From Chrysochromulina tobinii (lineage: Eukaryota), in contig JWZX01003315.1 of assembly GCA_001275005.1 (NCBI GenBank), positions 1 to 42,032 on the forward strand: a stretch of 42,032 nt of DNA, written 5' to 3'. Below are positions 12,502 to 22,904 of the stretch, in pieces. How positions within the stretch are numbered: position 1 is the first letter of the stretch; each line of letters opens with the position of its first letter. The notes below the pieces were generated by a model. The model ran no database searches. It worked only from the letters and a program-made list of their open reading frames with translations, and had not been told where the DNA came from. Both the position numbers and the translations under genes were made by a program.

Positions 12502-15500
12502 TTACGTCGGAGATTGCTCGACCTCGCGCTCGACTTCGTCAACTTCTTCATCGCTCGCGCCGGCCTCGATAAGGAGACGCATGCAATTCAGATGGCCGCG
12601 CAACGAGGCCAGCATGAGAGCCGTGTGGCCGCATGCATCGCGCGCGTCGAGCTCGACATCCTCGGTTCCGAGCAACACGCGCACGATGTCTAGATAGCCC
12701 TCGAAGCTCGCGATATGCAGCGCGTTCTGGTTGCGCCCGTCGCACACACCCACCTTGGCGAGTAGCGATCGGAGGCAATCAGCGGCAATCAGTGGACCAT
12801 TGGAGGCAATCAGAGACCATCAGAGACCATCAGAGACCATCAGAGGCAATCAGAGGTCATCAGAGGCCATCAGAGACCATCAGAGGCAATCAGAGACCAT
12901 CAGAGACCATCCGAGGACAATCAGTGGACCATCCTAAGCCTACCCGGGCGCCGCGCCACACAAGCGCCTGGACGGTCGCAAAGTGGCCCTGCTGGCAAGC
13001 GTGCAGCATGGCCCAGTCCTGCTTGCTCTGGCTGGAACAGCGCCAGATGGGTTGCATGCCACGCACACGCACGCGCTCGGACCCGGGCACGGGATCCTCG
13101 ACGGTACTCGGCCTGTGCACGACCACGTGCGAGAACTGCATCGAGACGACATCAGACGGGTTAGGGTGAGGGTTACCATAGGGTGAGGGTCGAGGCTACC
13201 TGCATCGAGACGACCTCGACGTAGGCGCGCAGGTCGAGTAAGATCGAGGGCAATCAAGGGCAATCAAGGGCAATCAAGGGCGATCAAGAGCAATCACGTT
13301 ACATCAATTATGGGCATTCAACGGAGATCGCACCTGCATCGAGACGACCTCCAGGTAGGCGCGCATGTCGAGGGCGTACGCGTACCATGTGCGCCAGCAC
13401 CGATGGAGCTGCCGGCTAAGTAGGTACCCGACGCCCTGCAAGAACAGCCTCGTCTTGCGGCGACTCAAGCTCCAATAGGCGATCCAGGAGAGCCATGCGC
13501 GTGCGAGATGCCGTCGGCCTATCAGGTGGATCAGCACGCGAGTCATACTGCCGAGCGACTTCCGAAGCTCCATGGCGGTCATGGTGGCGTGCCGCCAGTT
13601 ACCAAAGGCATGCGCGGCGCGCCGCATCGCTAAAAAGGTGACGACCTTGCTCACCTAATGAGGGAGGTCATCAGAGGTCATCAGTGGCCATCAGTAGCAA
13701 TCATTCATCAATTCGAGGGCGACCTCGCGCACCGTCCGCATCGACGCCTTGAGCGCCGACGCGGACTCGACCCAAGCGTTCCAGCCCTTGTGGAGCGGAC
13801 GATGACGGAAGTGGCTCATGCTACTCTGGATGGCTTTGAGCTTGAGCGTGCGCATCTCGTGGTACGCGATCCAAGCTGCGCAGCCACGCGCGAGGTGGCG
13901 GCTCGACAGCTGCCGGATGACGCGCGTCATCAGCGAGCGCAAGCGCTCACTTGCTCGCTTCGTCACGCACAGCGCCTTCCAGCTGCCGAACGCGCGCGCG
14001 CCATGCCGGTTCAAAAAGGAGCCCACGCCCATGCGGACGAGTTGCACCTGATGAGGGAGGTCATCAGAGGTCATCAGGGGCAATCCGCGGCAATCAATCA
14101 TCATCGCGCCCAAATCGCGCCCAGGCGGACGAGTTGCACCATGTGCTCGCGTCCCGAGATCAGATCCACCCAATTGACGAACCCCCTCGCCATATGGAGG
14201 CTCGTCAAGTGCATCAGGCTACGCGTCAACGACGCCCGCAACGACGCGCGCGCCGCGGCGCGCCGTTGGACGTGTGAACGCCAGCTGTGAAACGCCTTGG
14301 ACTGGCCGTGATGGAGTGTGAAGCGCAAGCCTTGGCGCATGAGCGCCGAGAAGGTGCGCGCATGGCCGCCGTACTGCGAGCTCTTGCCCGCCGCCTCGGC
14401 CCAGGAATTCCATCCCTTACCCAGATGCAGGCTGCGCAGCAGCGCGACGGCTCGCGTGACGTGGCGCACGTTGGCCTGACGAGCGTCGACGAAGGCCACC
14501 CAGCCCGCGACGGCACGTGCCTCGCGCTGTCTCCTCAGGACGCGCGCCGTGCGGCCGATGAAGGTGAGCAACTGAAGCTGCCTCGAGCATGCCTCGGCCC
14601 ACGTGCGCAGGGCGCGTGAGAGGCCCCGATGACGCTGGCTGCCCACGACACGTTGGAGTGAGTTGCCCACTTCGCTCTTTCGCCATTCGAACTCGATCCA
14701 GAGGGCCTTCCACACATTGAAGCCGCGCGCGAGGAGGTGGTCGGAGAAGACTCGAACGGCGTCCGTGAATAGAGCCGCGCCGCGCCGGCGCGCCAAGCGC
14801 ACCTTCGTTGCATGCAAGAGGGAGGCAATCAGCATGCAATGGGGAGGCACTCAGCATGCAATGAGGGAGGCACTCAGCATGCAATGAGGGAGGCACTCAG
14901 CATGCAATGAGGGAGGCACTCAGCATGCAATGAGCGCACCTTCGTTGCATGCGCCCACGACGCGAAGCTGCGAGAGAGCGAGTGAGAGGTGAACAAGGCG
15001 ATGCCCTTGCCGAGCAACTCGAGCGCCTCGGCGCGTGTCGCAACCAGCTCAGCCCACGCGTTCCAGCTGCGAGCCATCTGGCGGTGGACGAGATATGCGA
15101 GCATGCGCCGTAGCGACGCGAGCAGTGCTCCCTGCTCCTCGACGCGCTCATGCCACGCATGCCAGCCAAGAGCCATGAGCCGATCGGCCATGCGCCCAAT
15201 CGCGCGACGCGTGGCGATGAATTGGGCGTCGGAGGCGTAGTGGCGTTCGGCCCACGTCGACCAAGCGCGAGCGAGTGCGCTGGAGAGCAAGTGTGCGAGG
15301 GCTCTGCCGACGCGCGCACGCCCCGCCCCGCTGAGTGTGGAGGCCTCCATCCACGTGTTCCACGCGCACGAGAGGGTGCGTGCGCTCAGATGGCTGATCC
15401 CGTGCCTCATTACGTCAGCTGCGTGAGCGTGCGAACGCCAGGTATCGGCCCACGTGTGGTACCCACGTGTCAGGCCGCGCTTGGTGAAGCGGATGAGAAT

Positions 15501-18500
15501 CGCCGACGCCTTCATCAGCTCCGCCCCAATGGCCACCTGCCGCTCCCAGCGAGCGCGCCATACGAGCCAGCCGCGTCCGAGCTCATGCTGACACAAGAAC
15601 GAGAGGACGCGCTTGGCGAGGCGACCACGCGCCGCCCATGCCTCCCAAGCGCGCAGGCCGAGCTTGGCCTTGCGCTCGAAGACGAAGCTGCCCGCCGAGC
15701 GCAGCCTGTGTTTCTCATCCGCCCAGAAGTCAAGGGCGTCCAGCCAGCAGTTCCACGCCCGAGAGATCTGGTGGCCTGTGAGTAGACCGATGGCGCGGCG
15801 CAGTGCCGCGAATGCGTTCTCACGCGCGGAGACGGCGGCGCGCCACGACGACCACCCATACTTGAGCTTGCGCAAGAGCAGGAGGGTGAGCACGCGACGC
15901 ATGGCCGCGAGGCGGTCCGCGCTCTCCCGAGCGGCACAGCATGCGTCTACCCAGCCGCCAAAGCCGCGGCCCATCCGGTGGTGGATCATGTACAAGAGAC
16001 CGCCTCGCAGTGTCTCGCGCATCGCGCCGAGCTCGAGCGCGAACAACGTCCACGTATTCAAAGCTCGTGCGACATGCTGGTGCGAGAGGTACTGCACGAT
16101 GCGTCGAAGTGCGTCGAGCGTACCAGCACGCTCGACGGCGGTCGCGCGCCACGTGTTCCAGCAGCGCGAGAGCGACTGCTGCCTCAGCAGCCGCAGAGCA
16201 TGGCCGGTCAGGGCATCTGCACCGCGCTTGAAATCGCGCTGGAATCGTTGCGATTGCGTCCAGCTCGCAAACGCCCACGCCGCAGCCAGGTGCAGAAAGA
16301 AGCTGGCGGCCCGTTGCACGAGTCGGACGGTCACTGATCGAACGCCACAAACCTCGCGCCACTTGCGCCAGCCTTGCGAGACGCGGAGAGTGATCGCCTT
16401 GCGCACGCCCTGGTGCACCCAGCGCGCGAACTGGCGGCCACGCTCGCGGCACTCAGTCCAGCGAGTCCAGCCACGCACTTTGAGGCAGTTGATCAGGTAG
16501 CGCAGCGCGCACTTCGTCATCTGGCGGCAGGACGCGAGTTTCAGGCACCACCTCGAGAAGCCGACTGCGAGCTTTCGGTTGACCAGGAAGCCTTGCTGTG
16601 GCCAGGCGCTCGAAACCATGTGAATCGGCACCGGCGGCCGCCGGCTCGCACCGAAGAGGCCCGCACGCGACGACGCCACCGAAGAGGCCCGTGATGACAG
16701 GTCCATCGGCGATTGTAGCCACGGCGGCGCGCTACCCCACATCGCACGCGGCGATGCCTTTGAGAGCGGCGGCGTTGTTGCGCCACGAGGCAGCGCACCA
16801 GTGCCACCGGTGGGCATCGTGCAGGCGTTGCTGGGGGGGGGCGTGCCGGCGCGCGACGATGGTGACATGCGTGCCCCCATGTATCCGCCCATCATGACAC
16901 TCGTCTTCAAGTCTCGTGACCCTCGGCTTGAGCTCGGCACCGCTTCGAACGAGGTGGCCATCGAGGCGGCCATAGAAGAGATGATGGAGGCGCTAAAGAC
17001 GGTGGTGAAGGGGGTGGTCTGAACGATGGACATCTGCGACACCGTGGTGTTCTCCTCCTCATCTGCACGCGCGCTGTCGCGCGAACCGCGGCGCGACACT
17101 CCCTCAGACGAGCGCCCCGAGGGCGGTGTGGGCCAGCCGCGCGTTGTCGCCTCCTCCGCCTCGGCCAAGAAGGCAGCTGCCGACGCGGCCAAGGTTGCGT
17201 CTGCTTCGATGCGATCCTTGGCCTCTGAAGCCCTCCGGGCCGCCTCCTCCTCGGCCTTTGCTTTGATTGCCGCTGCTTCCTCCGCCTTCTGAAGCCAAGC
17301 TGCGCGGAGGAGAAAGGCCGCTGCAAGGCGCCCCTTCTCATCCTTCTCCTCCGCCGCCGCCTTCGCTGCCGCGGCTTCGGCGGCGACACGCTCCTCCTCC
17401 TCCGGCAGGGAAGGCGGCAAGGAGTAGGAAGGCAGTCGCTGGGAAATTGGCGACGCCTTTGCTGCCGCTGCTGGAGGGGTACCACTCCCTGCGAGCGGGA
17501 ACGCCGTAACCAAGGCGTCCAATGCAGCCGCAAGCCGTGCGTCCTCCTGCTCCTCCGCCACCCTGACTGCGGCGGCCTCTTTGGCTTTCTCAGCTTTGGA
17601 AGCAGGCTTCTTTTCCATCGCAAGGTGAGCCCTCTCCTCCGCCTCGAGGCCAAGCTTGCGCTTGGCCTGCTGGACGCAACTCTCGAGGAGGGTGCAGAAG
17701 AACGTGTAGAACTCGTCGATCTGGATGAAACCGTCGCCGCTCGAGTCGCTCCGCGCAAAGAGCTCTTCACATCGCTCGTCGCTCGGCATCGCCAGCTCGA
17801 AGCGCTTGCACACCTTGCCCACGCACGCAATCGTCTCGCCCCTGTCGAGCGTGCCGTCGCCGTTGGCGTCTGCAGCGGCGAACTCGGCGTTGCACAGCGC
17901 GCGCCGCACAGGCTCGGTGGACAGAAGGAGGCTTGCCCATTCGACACCCTTGGCTTGTGCCACCTCTCGGAAGGGGAGTGTCGACGACGACGGAGTGCGC
18001 TTGTAGAGGGGCGCGGGCGGCAGCGTGGGCGGCGGCGTCGACAGGGGGGCGGTGCAGAGCGTCGAGGGAGAGGGGAGGGAGAGCGTTGAGAGGCGCTGCA
18101 CCATGCCGACTTCCTCTAGCGGAGTCCAGGAGTGCGCAGATGCCGCCGCCGCTGCTGCCGCCGCTGCCGCTGCCGCTGCGGCCATGCGTGCTTCAGCTGC
18201 CTCGGCCGCTTCCGCCAGGGCTGCTTCGACCTCGGCCTTCGGCTTGAAGTGATCCTCGACGACGGCAAGGTGCATGCGATTAGTAACACGGACGGCACCT
18301 TCACGTGACCGCGCGGCATCCTGTGGGCTTGAGAGCGTCGACGGAGAGGGTGCCGCGTTAGCCGCGAGCGTGGGCGGCAATGGGCGCGACGCCTTATTGG
18401 CATGCGACGGCTTGGTCGCCGCCTCGTCCTCGGACGTCGCCGCCGCGTGTCGCGCGTCGTACTCCGACTTAGCCTTCTTGACGCAAGACTCGAGCACGCA

Positions 18501-18929
18501 CTTGAAGTACCGCTGGTACTCATCAACCTGAATCAGCCCGTCGCCTGACTTATCGCACAGGGCGAAGAGCTGGGCGCACTTGTCGGCGAGCGGCATCGCG
18601 AGATGAAACCGCACGCACATTCGCTCCACGCTCGTGTACGCCTCGATCTTGCCGAGCGTGCCATTGCCGTCAGCGTCCTGCACCTTGAACTCGGCCTCGC
18701 ACAGTCGGCGGCGCTCATCCTTGTCGCTGAGCACGGCCATGGCCCACTGCATGCCCTTGAGCTGCGCCTCATCCTTGGCCACAGCCTCCTTCACAGACGC
18801 CAGGCTGGACTTGAGTTTTTTTATTTCCTTGACCTTAGCAATCGCCCCCAGCTTATCGCCCTTGGTGCGCAAGTGCACGGCCTCAGCCTTTAGAGCCTCG
18901 CACGTGGCCTCGGTCGCGGCGGGCTCCAT
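12502..18929 (-). CDS. About 1910-aa protein: two EF-hand pairs, low-complexity linker, long array of Sfi1-like W-rich repeats, C-terminal ankyrin repeats; exons 18929-14940, 14802-14140, 14047-13733, 13654-13334, 13135-12944, 12753-12502
   Basis: EF loops DADGNGTLGKIE, DKSGDGLIQVDE, DANGDGTLDRGE, DSSGDGFIQIDE; many L.R.W..W repeats; ankyrin NALHIASFEGYLDIVRVLL and TALMLASLRGHLNCMRLLIEAGA; five phase-0 GT-AG introns join six ORF-track pieces in frame. Confidence 0.85.
12754..12943 (-). other. Intron (190 bp) filled with 10-bp tandem repeats (CTGATGGTCT/CTGATTGCCT)
   Basis: GTAGGC...CCAAG; removal joins WRGAR-VGVCDG within an ankyrin repeat. Confidence 0.85.
13136..13333 (-). other. Intron (198 bp) made of two stacked GT-AG units: 13333-13200 and 13199-13136
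   Basis: Both units end in a copy of the upstream exon end GTCGTCTCGATGCAG; removal joins VVSMQ-FSHVV. Confidence 0.85.
13655..13732 (-). other. Intron (78 bp), repeat family core
   Basis: GTGCGC...CCTCCCTCATTAG with in-frame stop; joins ASMRT-VSKVV (an alternative donor 9 nt downstream is also possible). Confidence 0.75.
14048..14139 (-). other. Intron (92 bp), repeat family core
   Basis: GTGCAA...CCTCCCTCATCAG; joins GREHM-VQLVRM in frame. Confidence 0.85.
14803..14939 (-). other. Intron (137 bp) containing about 5 copies of a 23-bp minisatellite CATTGCATGCTGAGTGCCTCCCT
   Basis: Exact 20-bp repeat GCATGCAACGAAG|GTGCGCT spans both junctions; joins HATK-VRLARR. Confidence 0.9.
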
Positions 18930-19160
18930 TACTCTTGCGGATCTCTTGCGTGCGGCCGTTCACACTACCAAATCGAGGTCCGAAATAATTGCATGCCCAC
19001 GAGCACCCTCCCGGAAGTCAGTCGAATTTACACATATCCGGAAGTCATTCAGTTACCCCTTCCTCAGTCAATTCACACTCCCTTGAAGAGATTCACGAGG
19101 AGGACGCCCAGGCAGGGGTGAGGCCAGCAAGAGAGCCCGATCGCGCACTTTCCACCATCC

Positions 19161-20168
19161 ATGCATTTGTCCGGCAGAAGCGCGCTCATCGACATCACCT
19201 TCATCGATGCGCACCTCTTCCTGTGCGAGAGCACCGGCTCGCGGCCGTCGACGCGCTGGGTGTTTCTCGATCAGCTTGCGAAGGATTGCGGCGTGCCTCT
19301 TGCAGCATGCGAGTTGGTTGGTGACTTTTCAGCGGCAATGCACAGCATCACCGCTGAGGCGGATTCGCTGCGCGATGCGGGCATGGTCGGACACCACCAG
19401 GAACTTGTTAGCCAAATCGAGCACCTGCGTGAGCAACGCGCCGAGTGTTTGCAGTCATCCATCCGCCGATCAGCTTCCCGCATTAAGCCTTCGGCAGTGC
19501 GCCTTGGACCGTCGTCATCGTCGTTGTGGGATGTGGCCGCCGTCGCAGCCGAACTCAAGCGTGAGCACTGCTGCGTGATCGACGACTTTGTGGGCGCCGA
19601 CGAGGCGGCGCCGCTTCGGGAGCATCTGGGCTCCATGCGCTCGTCGGGTGCGCTGAAGCCCGGAGAGGTGAGTGCCGGGTTGCAGCAGCAGCGGCGCGGC
19701 GACCTGATGGCGTGGGTGAGCACTGAGGCGGGGGCACAAGCACCGCCGCTGCGTGCGCTGCTCCACTCCATAGACCGTCTCGTCGGTGCGCTCGGCCAGC
19801 AGCCTCTGGTCGCCGACGACCTCGGCCCCCAACGGATGCTCTGCCGTCATGAGATGCAAGTGACGTGCTACCCAGGCAACGGGGCGCGCTACGTGAAGCA
19901 TGTGGACGACCCGCACGGCTCGCGAGGCCGCGTACTGACGCTCATCGCGTACAGCAACCCGCGATGGGAGCCCGGCCACGGCGGTGCGCTGCGGCTGCAT
20001 GTGCCGAGCGGCGCGCGCGACGTGGAGCCACGTGACCGACGGCTCGTCCTCTTTTGGTCCGACGCACGCGCCCCGCACGAGGTGCTCCCCGCGCACCGCG
20101 AGCGGTACGCCGTCTCGGTGTGGTTCTCCGATGCACAGGCGGTCGCCGCGGGCGCGGCGAGTAAGTAG
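19161..20168 (+). CDS. 2OG-Fe(II) dioxygenase, EGLN/PHD prolyl-hydroxylase-like
   Basis: RGDLMAW, CYPGNGARYVKHVD (HxD), GGALRL, RLVLFWSD, PHEVLPA (distal His), RYAVSVW (2OG-binding Arg). Confidence 0.85.
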   Translation: MHLSGRSALIDITFIDAHLFLCESTGSRPSTRWVFLDQLAKDCGVPLAACELVGDFSAAMHSITAEADSLRDAGMVGHHQELVSQIEHLREQRAECLQSSIRRSASRIKPSAVRLGPSSSSLWDVAAVAAELKREHCCVIDDFVGADEAAPLREHLGSMRSSGALKPGEVSAGLQQQRRGDLMAWVSTEAGAQAPPLRALLHSIDRLVGALGQQPLVADDLGPQRMLCRHEMQVTCYPGNGARYVKHVDDPHGSRGRVLTLIAYSNPRWEPGHGGALRLHVPSGARDVEPRDRRLVLFWSDARAPHEVLPAHRERYAVSVWFSDAQAVAAGAASK

Positions 20169-20299
20169 CGTCGAAAGGTACCAAAATCACCCTTTCACCC
20201 TTTCACACTTTCACACTTTCACCTCGCGTGTCGTGTTTTCCACACAGGAAAACAGCTGAATTCACACCAATCTTCACACCCCCGTTCTCTGCCCTCTCG

Positions 20300-21190
20300 A
20301 TGGCGCGGTCCGAAAATGCGTTCGTCGTTCTCGTCGTCGCTGCAAGCGCCCTCTATCTCATGGTGCGACGTCGTAGGCTTCTCTCCGGCGACGTACGGCT
20401 GCCTGCACAAGCTGCGCCCGTGCAGCAGCTGGACGTAGTCGCCAAGGACGTCGTAACGGTGGAGGAGTCGGACGTAGTCCACAACCTGAAGAGTGTGCGC
20501 GCGCGAATGGCCGCTTCCGGACCCGCTACGGCGACGCTCGTCGCTGTTTCGAAGACGAAGCCCGTAGAGCTGCTCCGTGAGGCATACGACGCAGGCCAGC
20601 GCGACTTCGGGGAGAACTACGTGCAAGAGGTGATTGATAAGGCGCCGCTGCTGCCGGGCGACATCCGCTGGCACTTCATCGGCCACCTCCAGTCGAACAA
20701 GGTCAAGGATCTGCTCAAGGTGCCCAACCTGTACGCCGTGCACACGGTCGACACGCTCAAGCTCGCGCAAGAGCTCCAAAAGCGCGCGGCGGCACTGCGG
20801 CCACCCGAGCAGCGGCTGCGTGTCTTCGTACAGGTGAACACCTCGGGTGAGGAATCCAAGTCGGGGTGCGCGCCGGCCGACTGCCCGGCGCTCTGCCGCG
20901 CCGTGCGCTCGAGCTGCGCGGCGCTCGACCTCATCGGGCTCATGTGCATCGGTAAGTACTCAGCTGAGGAAGGCGGTTCGGACGTTGACTTTGCATGCCT
21001 TCGGCAGTGCCGTGTGGCCGTAGCAGGCGATCTGGGCCTGGGCACCCCAGAGGAGCTCGCCATGTCGATGGGCATGTCGCACGACTTCGAGGATGCGCTC
21101 ACGGCTGGCGCCTCGCACGTGCGGGTCGGTTCAACCATCTTCGGCGCGCGGGCTCCCAAGCCAACGGCCAAATCGACGCAGGCCACGTGA
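20300..21190 (+). CDS. PLPBP: Pyridoxal phosphate homeostasis protein (YggS/PROSC/PLPBP) with N-terminal hydrophobic extension
   Basis: LVAVSKTKP, FGENYVQE, WHFIGHLQSNK, QVNTSGEESKSG, GLMCIG, SMGMSHDF, VRVGSTIFG. Confidence 0.95.
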   Translation: MARSENAFVVLVVAASALYLMVRRRRLLSGDVRLPAQAAPVQQLDVVAKDVVTVEESDVVHNLKSVRARMAASGPATATLVAVSKTKPVELLREAYDAGQRDFGENYVQEVIDKAPLLPGDIRWHFIGHLQSNKVKDLLKVPNLYAVHTVDTLKLAQELQKRAAALRPPEQRLRVFVQVNTSGEESKSGCAPADCPALCRAVRSSCAALDLIGLMCIGKYSAEEGGSDVDFACLRQCRVAVAGDLGLGTPEELAMSMGMSHDFEDALTAGASHVRVGSTIFGARAPKPTAKSTQAT

Positions 21191-21515
21191 GAGGGAAATG
21201 AACTGTCGCCACGAGGCCTGCGTCTGACTCGGGCGCGGAGATGGGCGGCGTAATGGCAGTGCGATGCTTAGGCCAAGTTACAGTGTAGATTATGTTGGAC
21301 ACGTTGTACTATAAAGTACTAGAGTAATAGTTTGTGAAAATATATGAGAGAAACACCCTCATATCATAACGTACACACCGCAGCGATCGGCCCACAGCCG
21401 CCGACCCCTGGCCCTGCTCGTCGTCCGTCCCTGCCCTAGAGCGGAGCGCGGCGAGACGGGTTGACTGGTCAGAAGACTACGAGGTAAAGCTCTATGTCGT
21501 CCGTCGGACTCGTCG

Positions 21516-22904
21516 TCAGTCGACTGATGCCCACCGTACGTCGTTCGTGGGGTGGGGTCGAGGCGGCGCATGTAGCTCTACTGAAGGAGGCAGTGCTGTC
21601 GCTCCGCTCTGATCGAAATCGATCAAAAGGCTGCCCTCGTCTACTGAAGGGGGGGGCAGTGCTGCCTCGCTGCTCTCGTCGAAATCGATCAAGAGGCTGC
21701 CCTCGATCTGTTGAAGCAGCTGCCTGCCCTCGAGCCGCCTCCTCGCCTCATGCACACTCAGCACGCCATCCACTGCGATCTCTTCAATGACCTCTGCCGC
21801 CGCAGGAGCATCCGAAGCGGATGATGCCGCCGCCTCCGTCTCTTTATCGGAGGCGGTCGTGCGCAAAGCCGCCTTCGCAGTCGCGATGACGAACTCTCGT
21901 CGTCCTAGCATCGTCACGTTCAATGCTGTAAGCGCGGCCTCGCCCACTGCCGTAATGCGACGTAATCAGTGGCGATCAGTCGCAATCAGTCGCAATCAGA
22001 CGCAATCAGACGCAATCAGACGCAATCAGTGGCAATCACCTGCCGTGCATGCGGCGTGCGAGCACTGCCCCGCCTCGTCGCCCCACTTGTGGCGCACCGC
22101 CGCCTCGACCACCGCGCCGCTCGTCTTACCGATCTCGACCGCGGAATGTTCGAGCTCCTGCCCAATCGTACAGATGGCGGAGATCGAAGCACCGCCGATC
22201 ACCTTAAGTGCCGCGACGGTCGGGGTATCCGGCTGGTTCGTAGCAAGATGCTGAGCTGCTGCCGTGCCGATGGCGCCGGCGACCGCAGCGACGCCCGAGC
22301 CCACCATGCCCGTGAAGCGCAGGGCGGCGTTGGCGACGGTCCGGGTCGTGTTGACTACCTGTATCACCTCGGGAGCCACGAAGGCCTCCCTCTCATCTGG
22401 CTGCACGTGGGTTCGGATCTCGGACAGAGCACACACGAGCCCGTCGGTGATGACGGCGGCGCCGCTTTTGATGCACCGAGCCGCCGCTTGGCCGCCAATC
22501 TGGATCGACATTGCCGCCTCCTCTGCCACCGCTGCCGCAAACAAGCCACCCTCATCGACATCGTTGGAGAGCTCTGACGGCGGAGGCAGACCCAGCATCA
22601 TCGCAAGCCGTTCGCGCGCAGGAAAATCAGAGTGCTCAAAGCGCAGCAATGTGATACCGCCGCCTTGCATGGAGCAGCCCAGCTCAATGCAAGGGACGGT
22701 CCAGAAGATGGCACAACCGTCATCGTCGAGGCTGCGGTCCCACACATCGACGGCTTGGTTGTCAGGTCCATCTGGTGATGGCACGTGTACCAGCCGTCTG
22801 CCTTTCACGATCAGCGATCCCGTGCATTGGACGAAGTGGGTGCCGTCGCCGAGGAGCGCTACGCGAGCGACCGCCTCAAGAATGTGGAATTCGGACGGCA
22901 CCAT
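21516..22904 (-). CDS. Senescence-domain (spartin/ERD7-like) protein; exons 22904-22040 and 21946-21516 (431 aa)
   Basis: Small-residue amphipathic helices and VRHKWGDEAGQ...AVGEAALTALNV, typical of the spartin C-terminal senescence domain; phase-1 intron removal restores the frame. Confidence 0.75.
21947..22039 (-). other. Intron (93 bp) of CTGATTGCGT/CTGATTGCGA 10-bp repeats
   Basis: GTGATT...ACGGCAG; in-frame stop at 22026; ends in a copy of the upstream exon end (CGCAT..ACGGCAG). Confidence 0.85.

Noticed and set aside
12766..12932. Regular repeats resembling a CRISPR array (also 14815-14935 and 21960-22037)
   Set aside because: Head-to-tail tandem units with no unique spacers, no cas genes, eukaryotic context, and they lie inside GT-AG introns.
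11980..13169. Plus-strand ORFs 11980..12693 and 12633..13169
   Set aside because: They read through a repeat element, intergenic DNA and antisense intron repeats (SETIRDHQRP); not credible proteins.
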